A stretch of 55,709 nucleotides of DNA, filler included, from Jimgerdemannia flammicorona (GCA_003990765.1; 3 parts of 3 records of this genome joined end to end with filler, not necessarily neighbours in it); one strand, 5' to 3'. Counted from the whole stretch's first letter, positions 37,944 to 50,900 are shown. Program-made: numbers and translations. Notes: generated by a model from the sequence alone, not told the origin.

Positions 37944-39686
37944 AGACAACATAATTATGAACGAATATGAAAAAGCTTTCCATTTCCTGGAAGTGGGATG
38001 TAGTTGCGGTTGCTCAACTAAGATGCCTAAAGAAGAATTTGCTGAATGGTGAGAAGACTTTCAAGTACTAACAAAATCCGAACAAGACATTTTCTTAATG
38101 GCCCAACTCAGATCCATGGATGGAGGAGTGACAAGTACTAGTCAGTGCCTTAAGAACAAGACTTGGGTCAATAAGAGAACTATCTACTGCTGAAATCATA
38201 GCACTTCGATTTGCCAAAAAACTTACCTCAATATGCTTGGCATTGGCCGCAATTATTTTGAAAACATTCGAAATCACTTGCTTAAGAATGGTCTTCTACC
38301 GCGGGTCCATGGTAATGTAAAAAGAATGCCACAGTGAAAAACCAGGATGGTTATCGATATTGATGTTGCTACTGCTGTCAAGAATTTTTTGCTAAATTAT
38401 GCCAAAGTTCACAGCTTACCTAGCCCAGTAAGAAATATTAATCGAGTCACTCTATCAATTATTTTTCTACTGGCAGAAATGAGCTACAGGTCTGTTCACT
38501 GGGATTTTTTAGCTGGTCTGGAGGATAATAGTAAATTGCATAATCTCAAGTATGATGCATTCCACAAATTATGGTGCTAGTTAACCCCATATATTCAAAT
38601 CATGAGTCCGAGGACCGATTTATACGATACTTGCTAGCATTTGTGAAATGACTTATAGTTCAAAACTCGTAAAGAGGAAGAGGCCCAAGATTTATTAAAG
38701 AAATATAAAGAACATTTAGCCAAAGCCAAGTTAGAATGAAATTATTATAACAAAAATACTAAGTTGGTGGAAGAACAAAGGAAACTTGTCAACCAAAGTC
38801 AATTTATACTAAAAGGCAAGGCATTGTATTGCAGTATTGAAGCCACCACTCATTATAGCTATAACTGAGCTCAAAATGTTCATGTGGCTCATTCAGATCA
38901 ACAGATCGGCAAAGTATATTATCTTAGTGCTCGCAAGGTACATTTGTTTGGTATCCAGGATGAAGCAGTATGAGAACAAATCAACTACGTACTGGATGAG
39001 AATGAGCTTCTCGGGAAAGGTCTGAATGGTATGCTTAGTCTGGTCTTTGATGGGATTAAGTAGTTGAATAAAGGCAAGAAGTATTTGAAAGTTACCTGCG
39101 ATAATGTGGGTGGACAAAACAAAAACAATACTACCCTTTGGTTTTACTTATATTTAATAGCAAGTGGTTATTATGAAAGTATTGAACTGAACTTCATGGT
39201 TCCCAGCCATACCAAATTCAAGTGTGATGGTAGCTTCGGATTAATCAAAAGGCTTTATCACAAAACAAAGTGGATTGTGTAGATCATGTCATTGATATAG
39301 TAAAAAGGTCTAGCATCACTGGACTAAGCAAAGCTCAATGTTATAATTATGATGAAGGTTTCTAATATTATGACATCATAAGTGACCTAGAAACTTATTT
39401 TAGGAAATTACTTAGCCTACAAAAGTTTCAGCACTTTCTTTTCACCAGTGCTAATTCTGGGATAATCAAAGCCCAAGAAGTTGCGAATGGTCCTTTCCAG
39501 GAATTCAAGTTGCTGAAGACTAGTAAATCCACAATTCCTCAAACTATAGAAAAAATCAAAGCTTTGTCATTTCCAGTGCTTAAGCCTCCTCTCATGGAAT
39601 TGAAATGACAGGAGTACCTTTATCACAATATTCGCCCCTTTGTCCAAGATGAATTTAAAGATATTACTTGTCCCAAGCCAGTATAA
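37944..39686 (+). pseudogene. DNA transposase pseudogene (Sola1-like / DUF7869-type)
   Basis: Motifs GCSCGC, RVHGN, SPRTDLYDTC, HYSYN*AQNV, RKVHLFGI, TCDNVGGQNKNN, FMVPSHTKFKCDGSFGLIK and terminal DITCPKP. Several premature stops. Confidence 0.75.
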
Positions 39687-39689
39687 CTT

Positions 39690-41376
39690 TTATTTTCTTT
39701 TTCTATTATTAATAAATTCTTTAATTAATAAATAAGTAACTATACTCATAATTATAATTAAAACTATTCCCATTATTCCTAATCCAATTCAAGGGAATTC
39801 ATTAAGAGATTGATTTGGTTCCTTGATTCAGTTAAGTTCTAAGTGAGCTAATTCAGCTCTTTTGTTGGCTAATTCTTGTTCTTGCTCTTTAGTTCAGTTA
39901 GGAGTTTTTTCTAATTGTTTAATAGTAATTCATACTTCAGCAATCTTATTTCTTCTTTTCATCTCTTTTTCTGAAACAAGTAAAGGAAGATGGATGCCTT
40001 TTTCTTTATGTTTTAAATAATCTTTATCTCCTTTTCAGATCACATAATAAGTTTCCAGATCTCTTATTTTTTCTGCCATTCGTTCATCTTCCATAGTTCC
40101 TAGAAATTGATTGTTTTTTTGAAGTCTGAATTGCCTTCATCATTTTTGCAACGTGAATCTAGGAAATAGTAATATCGAAAATTCAGAGGCAGGATAAGTT
40201 TGACTATAACTTGAAGGAATTTCTGCTTTCTTTCTTCATAATTGTGTGGCTTTTTCTTTAAGTTCACATTTGATGATAAAACTACTGGCAAATGATGCAG
40301 ATTTCATTTTTTGTATAAGTTCTTGACAGACTTCTCCAACTTGATCTCAAGTTTCTTGGTCCACAGCATTGATATCATTAGGTAAGTGATTTTTGGTAGA
40401 GATGGTTATATTTCCTATTTCAATGTGTAATTTGGCAACAATTTTACTCCTTTCTGTAATGATAGTATTATTGCTTGTTAATTGGAAAAGTTTTTTTTGC
40501 ATCCTCGGCTACTTCTGGTGGAAAATTTTTTCCTAACACGCTTTTGATTCCTACGCTTCCATAAGCTTCTTTATATTTGGGAACTATTTGCATATAAAAA
40601 TGGGGTGGATTTTGGGTGCCGATTGATAATATTAGTATGCTAACTCTGTAGCCTGCTGGATTATAAGAATTGTCAACTTTTCTAACTATATCCCTAAACA
40701 TGGGCAAAATGTCTGATCATTCCTCTCTAGTTATTTCCTCGAAGATGTCGGCATGGCATTTGATACACAATGCTACATGACCTTTGGAATTTTGTCTTAA
40801 AACTACCCCGGCAGTTATGCTAAGTCCTAACTCAGAAATTTGACTTTTAAGCATTCCTTTTTTATTTAGTTCCATTTTATCACATATGTGGCAAACTATT
40901 TCACTTCCTTTGGAACTTTTTGAACAAATAAAACTTGGAGTGTTATCTGGTTTTCAAGTAAAGTAATGGGCTATTTTGCCCTTCTCGATTTGCTTTTGAC
41001 AGTTATGACATTGTGAACATTTATGGCCTTGACTATCTTCATAAGTGGTGACATCTCAGTCCAACATAATTCGACATTGATTACAGCAGATGGTTATTCG
41101 ATCTCATCTACCACTGCCTTTTTGATTAAGAGTTCTATATCGAAAAGGTCAATCAAAATTTTCTTTATTTTTAGCCTTAGTTAAAGCTTCTTTAAAAATC
41201 TTTATTTTGTTTCTCTCTCAATCTTTATTAGTGTTTTCATCTAATTCTTGTTGTAGGAGTGTTTCCGCACATCCTCAACAACAAAATTCAATTCTTTCTT
41301 TTTCTTCTTTATCTCATCAATTGATAGTTAATCCTTCTTTATTGTTATTACAATTAAAACATTCTTTTTTAGTCAT
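39690..41376 (-). pseudogene. Mollicutes-type gene (genetic code 4): Zn-finger-like CxxC motifs, HIT-like domain(s), coiled coil and C-terminal TM anchor
   Basis: ~561 codons open with TGA=Trp: 18 in-frame TGA, no TGG, no internal TAA/TAG, one frameshift in an A8 run near 40495. Intronless and AT-rich. Confidence 0.8.
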
Positions 41377-42049
41377 AATACTTTTTTTATGAAAAAAAAA
41401 AAGCTTCAATAATTAAAGAAATTAAAGAAGTAGAGAGAGTGTGGGGAAGAATAATAAAAAATTTACGGACAAAGCGAAAGTAAAGAAAACATGATACCCG
41501 AGTGACGTCAGATGTTCACTTTGTCTGGTTTTGTTGCAGCACGCCCCATATATACGGACACATGACTGTGACAGTGGGACGAAAGCTTGTAGCACTATGA
41601 CTGAAATGAGCCAACACTCGGACCGACCCCGAGAGGCCGTGCGACGTTAGGAGGAGGAAGGTTAAGCTTGAGTCATAATGTGGGCGCTTCCATTTGCACT
41701 GGGCCATAACTTTGCACCGGGCTATAACTTTTCACAGCTCGCAACCAATAGCGTTTGTGGAGGTTTTCAGGACGGTGGCTGTTGGGCGCAACCTCGGAAT
41801 TGATGCAAGTTACAATATGTTATATATAGAAATGGGATAAAGGGAATCCCAAGTTTGGCATACATGATTTGTGTGTGTGCATGGTAACAGGAAAGTGGCG
41901 TGGCCTTTTTATAATTAATTACTTCTAGACAATCCAAAAGGCTGCATTGACAGTCGCACCGATGGGGCAAGTCCAAGCATAAAAAGTCACGACAAAAGTT
42001 GCGATGCCCTCTCTCTTCCAGCCACCACCACCTCGCTTGATATATAAAT

Positions 42050-42271
42050 ATGGACCCTCAATCCCAATCCCCCACCCAGGCGTACCCCACGATGCAGGCC
42101 ATGTCGACGGATCCAAGACCCGCCGCCGAGCCGAAGCAAGAGACGTCCAAAGCCGATCAATGCTGCAACGACCTGCCGAACGCGTGCTGCGAGGCTCTTC
42201 TGTTCGGCCTCGTCGCAAGTTTTTGCGAAAGTTGTTGCGAAAGTTGTTGCGATAACATTTGCAGTTGCTAG
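42050..42271 (+). CDS. Small cysteine-rich tail-anchored protein, CYSTM-like
   Basis: P/Q-rich N-terminus, then CCEALLFGLVASFCESCCESCCDNICSC. TATATAAA at 42041-42048 abuts the first ATG, so the real start may be 42092. Confidence 0.65.
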   Translation: MDPQSQSPTQAYPTMQAMSTDPRPAAEPKQETSKADQCCNDLPNACCEALLFGLVASFCESCCESCCDNICSC

Positions 42272-43504
42272 CGTTTTTTTTTTTTTTCTTCGTCACCGTG
42301 CGCCTGACCCTCACCGTCTGTGCACGGTGCCAGGCCGAACCACCGGGTCGCCGACGCCTTGCACGTTTTGACCGAGTGTCTTATTCATGTCATTTACACT
42401 CCCTTACATAAGTACACGGTCAAATCGACCTCCTCCTGTGTGGGATGTTGTCGGCCAAACATTGTACCATAGAACATGTATGCATTCCTCAGACTGTTTA
42501 AAATTAGCCTTTATTTATTTATATTGAGACGCATACTGTTCAGAGCAGGGAAACTCGGGTGTTTCGCTAATGGCATGGTTCCACTCGAAACAACTGTTAT
42601 CACAATGATACCTTTTTTTTTTTTTTTGTAAACATCGCTCTTTTGCTTTCGAGAGGGCCTCTTCCCAAATGTTGACACAGTGTTTGACAAGTCAAAGGCC
42701 CCTGATCATTCAGTAAATAAGCAAATAATGAAGTAGCCGTCATGGGTTAGCTGGTTGATACGCTAACCCCAGATAGAGAGAACTACTGACATTTGAAAAT
42801 AAGGAAAATGAAGGAGAAAGAGCTAAGACAAAACTTGATGTTGTACACTTTTTTTTGTGCATCCTAGATTATACGGAACCAGGGATTTGGGAGCCACTAA
42901 ATATGTAAATCGAAGGAGAATATTACCATGAAACTAGTTGGTAAGTTGTCTCGCTATAGACCGAGTAGTTGGTAAGGTGTCTCGCTATCCAAAGGAAATG
43001 CGAAGGCGTGTATTGTGATTAATATTATAGATGCCGGAATTTAACCAGAATATGAGGTAATAGAACAACGCAAGTTATGATGTGATGATGGAATTTCTGT
43101 TAGACCAGATGGGTATAGGTATGGGTATGTAATGGTAATGCTATGGGTGCCATGCGGATGTAATATATAAAAGGGGAAAAGAATGCACGCGACCTCTATC
43201 TGAAATTATGGGCGTCGATTCCCTATATCAGGAATCGGGGATAGGCTAGCTACCCAAGTGCCGAAGCTAGACACTCCAACGTCTCACTCTAAACGTGTTT
43301 CGTCGCCAGCCCACCAGCAAGTTGTTGAGTACAGTCCATATAAGCCCGCAATACAAAAATACAAAAATAAAATAATAAAATAAAATAAAATAAAATACCA
43401 CCAGCAAGGTCAAGTCTCCACGGTCGTCTCCACCTGGGAGACGCGTATAGTCCCGCCCATGGAAACCTGCCTCACCGATTCGGTGACATTTGTAATATTA
43501 GTTG

Positions 43505-45250
43505 TTAAAGGTTCACCAACGGGTGCGGCGGCACGGCGCAGAAGATGGCAGTGTTCAGGATGGCGAAGAGCGTGACGTAAAGATAGAGCGTGATGGCACG
43601 GCGATGGTGCTGCCGTATGATGGCTCCGTCGACAATCCGGTCGTAATGGAGAAAGCGGGTCTCGCTGGAAGAGAAGGAGGACACAAAAAAAAAAAAAAAA
43701 AAAAAGAAAAGGTTAATCGTACTCTCGAGTGTGTATGTATAAAGTCTCTGATAATTGACCGCCCATGCACGCTTATAAAAACCCCCCACCCTCGCTCGCA
43801 AGAGTTAAACAGACGACGATACACACCTGATCCCGAACGCCGTCAACAGGCATAAGAACTCCGTCACATTAGTGAACAATCCCAACCACCCAAACCATAT
43901 GGGCAGTAGGCCCCATAGCCTGGTCACCCTGGACCAATAGTTCAAGAAGATGAAGCAGAACTCGAGCGCGAACCCGCCTGTCAAGAATACCACGCCGAGG
44001 ACGAGCGCGACGAGGCACGAGGTACGGGTGAGATTGGTCGCCCCAGCGGCTTCGATAAAGCGCGGGTAGAAGTGAATGTTGAGGATGTCGTAGACGTATC
44101 CCTTGGAGGACTCAAAGATGATAGGGTCCGCGAGATGGTGAACCTCCAAGAGCTCGTACAAGGCAAGCCGGTGGTCCTCGGGCAAGTAAATTTGGCGCTC
44201 GGCTTCGTAAGGGGAGCAGTAGCGTTGATAGATGCGGTTGGCGTTTGCTTCAAGATCCTCGAGTGTAAGGGCGCCACCGGGCTTGTGTGAGATATCGGAC
44301 CCGGGGATGATGCGAGACGAATAGGAGAGCGCGTCCGGGTCACGGTGAATGAGGTTTGCCGTGCCTGATAGGCGGCGCTCGTAGACGAACTGTTCGTCCT
44401 CGAACATGAAGGCAGACGAGAGCTCGTCGAGTTCGTGTTCCTCGTGACCGGGGGACTGGGGCGGGCGCCACTGCTCGAACTGCTCGTCCTCGCTGGTGAC
44501 GCTGCAGCGATTCGCGTTGGGGTTAGCATCGGGGTCACTGGGTTTTGGGTTGGCAGTGCCGAATCCGGGGCCGAGGAGCTCGGACATGCGTTTTGAGATG
44601 CGCTGTTGTTTTGTGCGGGACTCCTTTTCCAGTTTGCGGCGCTGGCTGGCGGTGTAGGCGCGCCATAGTTTCTCATGCGTATCGACTTCGAACCAGAAGT
44701 TGAGGTTCTCCTCGGCCTTGTGAACGTTGCGGAGGTAGGCGAAGAAGTTGAACTGGCCAAGCGGCGGCCGGGTCTTGCGTTTCAGAACCTGGTCGAGGGT
44801 CGGGAGGCCATTGACGGAAAGGTTATGGTCCTTGATCCTGGCCCATGCGTCGACAGGGGCGATGGCAAAGGGGTCCTGGAAGCCGTCAACGGTGTAGTTG
44901 CTGTCAAGGCCGTTCGTGATGGGGGTGGAGTCACGGTTAATGCGGTTGTAGTATGGGTTGTTTGGGTTGTTGGAGGGGGGCAGTGAGTACATTGAGACAG
45001 TGCGGCTGTTGGCAGTGCGCTGCTGGAGAGGCGGGTTGTCGTCGTCGTATTGGTAGGGAGCAAACGGACTGTCGGGCATAAGCGATGCTTTCCTACTGTT
45101 TGCCTTCCGGATGCTGTTGTTTCGGAGACTGGGCAGATTGTCGAGGAAGTTGTCAAGAAGGGGGAAGGACAGGCGCTTCTGAGCGGTGGGCTCGGGGTAG
45201 GCCGGGAAGTTCTGCAGCTTCCTGCTATTCGGAATGTCTGTGGCGGCCAT
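43505..45250 (-). CDS. RAX1: RGS-domain bud-site selection/polarity protein Rax1 homologue (527 aa)
   Basis: Exons 45250-43827 and 43664-43505. LPTLDQVLKRKTRPP...FFAYLR...ENLNFWFEV RGS-like motif and three C-terminal TM helices. Confidence 0.85.
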
Positions 45251-45464
45251 TGTTTACCTCACATATGGCCAGGGATCAAAAGCAGAAAACATGTCTGACC
45301 TGCGGAGAGTGTGTTGTCTCGCCTGGCATCTGTCTGTGCGACAGAGCACAGAGTAAAAGTAAATGCTGTGCTCCGGTTGACAACCTTGCCCAATCCGTAC
45401 AACTCCCATCTGCATTTCATTCCTTTTCATCTAATTATTATTTCATCCATCGTGTTATCGTGTG

Positions 45465-45570
45465 CCTACCCACACAACCGAATCGGGGACACACAACCGA
45501 ATTGGACACGCACAACCGAATCGGACACACAGACAACCGAGTCCTACCCACACAACCGAATCGGATACAC
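45465..45570. repeat. cacaaccgaatcgg short tandem repeats upstream of RAX1
   Basis: About five copies of caaccga(a/g)t. Confidence 0.7.
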
Positions 45571-45667
45571 AGAAATCAAAAGATACGCCCACGCCTGCTT
45601 TAATACTAGCCGTTTAAGGTAGGTACGCGCTTATTTCTGATATACATCTTGCTGGGCAACAGGCTCA

Positions 45668-45811
45668 GCAAAAGGGGAAAAGGGGGAGAAGGAAGGGGGA
45701 AGGTGGAAAGGGCGAAGGGGGGAAGATGGAAAGGGCGAAGGGGGGAAGGTGGAAAGGGCGAAAGGGGGAAGGTGGAAAGGGCGAAAGGGGGAAGGGAAGG
45801 GGAAGGGGAAA
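45668..45811 (+). repeat. Polypurine ~21-bp tandem repeat
   Basis: ggggaag(g/a)tggaaagggcgaa repeated four times within an almost pure purine tract. Confidence 0.85.
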
Positions 45812-45985
45812 ACTTTCATTTCATGTTCATAAAAAAATTGGGTTGCCAAAGAACGGGCGGATGCTCGCGAAGTGCAATAAAGAACTGAATCAGAACTATC
45901 TATGCCAAGCCAAACCAACATCACCCATAACCTGAGAAAGCTATGCTATCATAAAACATGTCTTTCGCTTTCGTTGCTTTGCTGT

Positions 45986-46837
45986 TTAGTCCGTGACCTC
46001 AGCAGCAACAGGGGCGGAGGTGTCGACCTGCTTCTCATCCTCAAACACGTGCGGCTCCGAGAGTGCGATCTTGATGACCAGTTCACGTCCTTCGGTAACC
46101 ACATTCTTCATGCCATCGAGCACCTTTTGTTGCTCCTCCTCATCCACAAGATCAACAAAGCCAAAGCCCTTGGAACGACCGCTGATTGGCAGAAAGAAAA
46201 TGTGAGATTCGTCAGCTCGGTGTGCATCGATAAAGGGGCATGCATCGACAAAGGGGGACGAGACTACCGAGGTAACAACCCGATAAAATTAAACACCACA
46301 CCGCCATCACCACAACACATTGTATACTTTACCTCCTCCTCTTTACAACGTGGGCAGACTTCAGGTTGTATTCCTTGAACAGAGCCTTGAGGCCCTCATC
46401 GTCGGTAGCGAACGGCAGATTGGCGACAAACACGGTGGTCTTGGAGGGTTCGCCGGATTCACGGCCTTCACCCCTACCACCGGTGGACGAGCGACGGCGG
46501 GAGCCAGAGCGACCGCGACCACGGCGGCCACCGCGCCCTCGCCCTCGACGACCACGGCCGCGACGACCGCCACGGGGGGGAGCCTCGTCACCGCCTTCGC
46601 CGTTAGGAGTCTCACCATCGGCCTTCTCCTCAGAATCTTCAACCTGGGGGCCGCGACGGCGGTTGAAGCGACGAGGACTGGGGGTGACGGTTTGATCCTG
46701 CTGCTTTTTTTTCAGATTGCGAAAAGAACGGTAAAACTATCGGTGAGAAAGCTGGATTTGTTTTTTTTTTTTTTCTTTCGACAAGGCGCCCGTACGAAAT
46801 CGATGATACTTGTTCTGCAAGAGCTTAATCACGATTC

Positions 46838-46906
<69 letters not shown>

Positions 46907-47904
46907 GCTCTGCTTTTGTACACACCTCGTTTCCTAGAAAGCGAATGCGACAAAACGCAAAAGAAAGAAGAAAAAAAGAAAAAAAAGGGGGAGGGGGAAG
47001 GCGAAACGATCAGAAAACAAGCGCAGGATATCTCGACACTCACAGCGGTGCCTTCCTCGTTCTCCTGTGCATGCACTTCACCATCGACAATGGCAGCACC
47101 CCCCCTGCCACCACGGCCGCGGAGCCCACGCCCACGACCGCGGAACCCGCGCCCACGAAACCCGCCACGGCCGCCACGGAAAGCACCTGGAAAGAAACCC
47201 CCACGAAAGCTACCTCGAGCACCACGGTTACCACGACCACGGCGGCCACTGCGAGGGCCGCCCTCGCGGGCGGCAGACGGCTCCTTGGGCTTAGCGACTT
47301 CGACGTTGATCTCGCGTGCGCCGAGCTCCTTCTTGTCCAGCTCCTGGGTGGCCTTCTGGGCATCCTCTAACGTCTCAAAGGCGACGAAACCATAACCGAG
47401 GCTGCGGGTACCGCGGGTAATGATGTTGGCCTTGAGGCTGTGGAAGGTGAAGTTTGGGAGCGCGTTGAGTGTAGGAAGGGACGAAAAGGGGTGGGTTTGG
47501 GGGAGGGATTAGCGTAATGATGGATGGTTGACCAGATCTGAGCCGGAAACCGACAGTGAGACTGCGGCAGACTGCGTGATCTCGTGTGGCGACAAGAAGG
47601 ATATGATCTGACAGGTGCAAAAACACCCCGCTCTCCCCTCTGACAAGATGAGTTTCTGATCTGAAGATACGTACACTTTGCCAACAACGCTGAAGAACTT
47701 GGCAAGCTCGTCCTCGGTGGTCTGGAAGGACAGGTTACCGACGAAGACCTTGTGGCCAATATCTTCCTCGTCCTTGGGCTCACTGGTGATGTTGACTACC
47801 TCGGTGGTGGTGGGCTCTTTGGTGTTCCAGTTGTCGGCCGGGGGGGCGACGTCGTCGTTCCAGTTGCTCTTGGGGGCCTCTTCGTTGTTCCAGCCGTCAT
47901 TCAT
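45986..47904 (-). CDS. RRM-RGG-RRM RNA-binding protein (Sbp1-like architecture)
   Basis: Exons 47904-47675, 47437-47044, 46697-46333 and 46181-45986. RNP2/RNP1 motifs VFVGNL/LGYGFVAF and VFVANL/KGFGFVD with an RG/RGG-rich linker. Confidence 0.9.
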
Positions 47905-50900
47905 GATTTTGGAAGTCGAGTTTCTTTTTGGGACGGGGAGTGGGCTCCTCTTGTGTTCGGTGGACAGAGGGGGGACTTGAGCGGATGCGGGGAGCTTCGC
48001 TGTGTTTCGCTTAGGAACTGCGACGGGTGAGTGGATGAGCAGGGAGCTGGGGTTGCGTGCGTTGGGGGAGCAGCGCGGGGATGGGCGATGGATGGATGGG
48101 ATGAGGATGGATGAGTACGATAAATGTCAAAAGCTGCGCGACGGCACCCCGCTTTTGTGCCTCGCCCCTCGATCCCAATTGGTCCGACGCCCTGCGTGGC
48201 ATCGTGCCCCGCTTTCCAATTCCGAACCCTCGTGGCTGCGACACACAAATAATGCCTCAACCTCATTGGTTTACCAGCTTTGCCCCGACCCTGGTGCATG
48301 CCTCGCGGCGGCGCAGCATGCGAAAACGGAACGGCTTCGGACGGCCCAGCTGGTGTCTCCGATGCAGGATGTCGCGTGCGGAGTTGCCTGCCATTGTTCC
48401 AACCAGGAGGGGCGTTGACGGGTTTTTAGGTTTCGCCGTCGGGGAGCTTGCTTCCGGAGTCTCCATCAATCAAGTGACTTTCAAAGTGTGTCCTGCTCCC
48501 CATCCCATTCATCCCTTTCATCGCGGCGTAACCTTAAAACTTGATGTTTGCCCCAAAGGTATGACTTGCAAAACCGCAGTTTTTTTGTCTTAACAAGTTT
48601 TTTTTTTTTTTTTTTAAAAAAAAAAATGCAAGTCGATTCCAAGAGAAAAAGGAGTATGTAAGCACAACAAACAATAAATAAATGTTTCACCTGAACCATA
48701 CCTCGGAAAGCTTTCCGAAGAAAAAACCAGTTTGCTTGGCTGTCTTCTGGAAGCGTCCATATCTGGCAAGTTGTCTTCGGCAATCCTTTGTCAAACCTTT
48801 GTGCCAACCGATAGGGTTCCGCTATTAATGATGTCACTGGTAGTACTTGAATTGTTCGACGAAGACAAGGTATTCCCAAAAAGGTATTTCTTTTTACACC
48901 ACTGCAAACTATCGTCATAGTGTCCAAAGGCTCAAGCGAGGGATCCCAAGCACCTACACTTGCTGAGATGGAAATTTTGACCTACTTGCGGCGCGTCCAA
49001 GTGATGAACGGTCGATGGATAGGTGAAACTTTCTCCGATCAGCGTCCGTTTTCCCTTGCCACGATTAGATAATGGTTACAACCCTCATTGTTCATGACGG
49101 CCTCTATCGGAAAAACCAGAACGCACCATTGTTCGTCGCCCGCAAAATTGATGTCTGAGGTTATTACCTATTTAGTGATGAGACGGCGACCATTATATTT
49201 TGTCACGCGGCATTGTTCACCGGGCCCAAGAAGAGTATGGTATGCCATGACAATGACGATGATGATAATCGTTGCCTGATACTGGTAAGCGTTTTACTAA
49301 ATTGAGCACATCCTTTGTAATCTCGTTATGTAATAGCTATAGCCTTTGCTATCCAATAACAAAGCATCTGATACTTTGAATTGCACCCATTGTGAAAACT
49401 TCCTCAAGGCAATCCGTAGAGGAATACTGCTGTAAATTCTCTCTGTAATCTTTGGTTTGGAAGGATGAAATATATTTTTCCTTTATTTAACTAGAGAAAC
49501 AGGGACCGGTGGGATGTTATATTGCCTCCTTGGTTCTTTAGTTCATGTCGAATCGGTAGAAATTAATAAAGCAGCGTGTTTCAATCCTATGAAGACGTGC
49601 CACCTCTCATTTTCAAAATTTCTGACGTCAGAAAATTGTTTTCATCCATCCATCCCGCCTTCATCAACCACATCTTTTCAACTGTATTCATCTGTTCACC
49701 CCCATTATGGGAACCATTTAGTATGTTGTGTTTTTACAGTATAGTGTTGTTCCCTGCAAAACAAGGACCACTTCTACAATAATGAAGGCATTTACTTCCA
49801 TTTTATTATGTGCATTTTTTTTTTTTTAACCAATCACAGCGTCAGTGCTACGTTCGCTCCAGCCTATCGGTTTTGATATTGAGGAACTGTCCTTGAAGGA
49901 GATCGAAACGTGACAAACAGAAAATCGCTCTCTTTCAAACGCGTCATGAAAAAAGGGTAGGTTTTGTTTTGTTATTTGGCTAACAATTTTTTTTTTTTTT
50001 TATCAGTAACCAGTCAGTATTTGATATGCAGTTTTGGTCACGCGTGGTCTGCAAGCAAAGCCGACGCATCGTTGTTCTATACCTCAATGAAGGGAGACGT
50101 CGCCGATCCTCCATTTAATCGACGTAATGTACGATGTGCTGCTGCGACTGACAAACGGAGTTGTAAAGAAACTTATAAAGTACCCTTATATCTTTCGCCC
50201 AATCGACCGAGATTGAGACCAATACCGAGATTTGTGACCAAAAAAAAAAAAAAAAAAGGTGACAATGGATTGCTCAAAATTCTGAAGATCGAAAAATGTA
50301 TATTCAATAATCTACCGGGAGATTTGAGCTGGAGGACACTCTCCCGAACAAGTTGTGGCTTTGTTGGTTGAAATGAAATAGTCGACGGTTGTTCGACATT
50401 CACTTGTCTTCTGGGATAGGATATTGACGAACGATCGCGTCGAAATCACTATCGGAAATGGAATGACGGCGCTGCACGTCAAACAGGAAATTCAAGAGAA
50501 AAAGAGGAAATGACGGTTTGCTGATTGATACAGGTTGGTTGGCGAAGGATAGGACGGAGAAGAAGGGTGTGTGGACCTTATAGTTTTGTTGTACGATATT
50601 TGATAAGATCGAACCGAATTATCGTTTTGGATTTTTGATTTCATCAGGGCATGAAAAATGATCCCTAAAGGTTTATCACCCTGCTGCAGTTAAGCGCAAC
50701 CCAAAAGAACTCAAGACATCAAGCAAGTTGATTCACTTGATGAGCCTTTGCTATCTGGCACTCTAATTCAGGAAATTTTGATCCAGATTTCCATTTAATG
50801 TGACAAGAATTTAATCTGGCACAGACAGATGGGTTTAAAATTAACAAGCAATCCGTAATATTCTGTATAATTGTCCGTTGGTCAGCCCTAAACAAATTTG

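Noticed and set aside
39690..41376. Mitochondrial insertion (NUMT) as the source of TGA=Trp
   Set aside because: The domain content (HIT-like, Zn-finger, coiled coil plus tail anchor) matches no standard fungal mitochondrial or intron-encoded protein. Disfavoured, but not formally excluded without a search.
46837..46903. Long poly(T) tract
   Set aside because: Simple intronic homopolymer with no TSD or element body; its length is unreliable.
43981..48593. Many long alternative-frame and antisense ORFs
   Set aside because: Shadows of the GC-rich RAX1 and RRM coding sequences and promoter.
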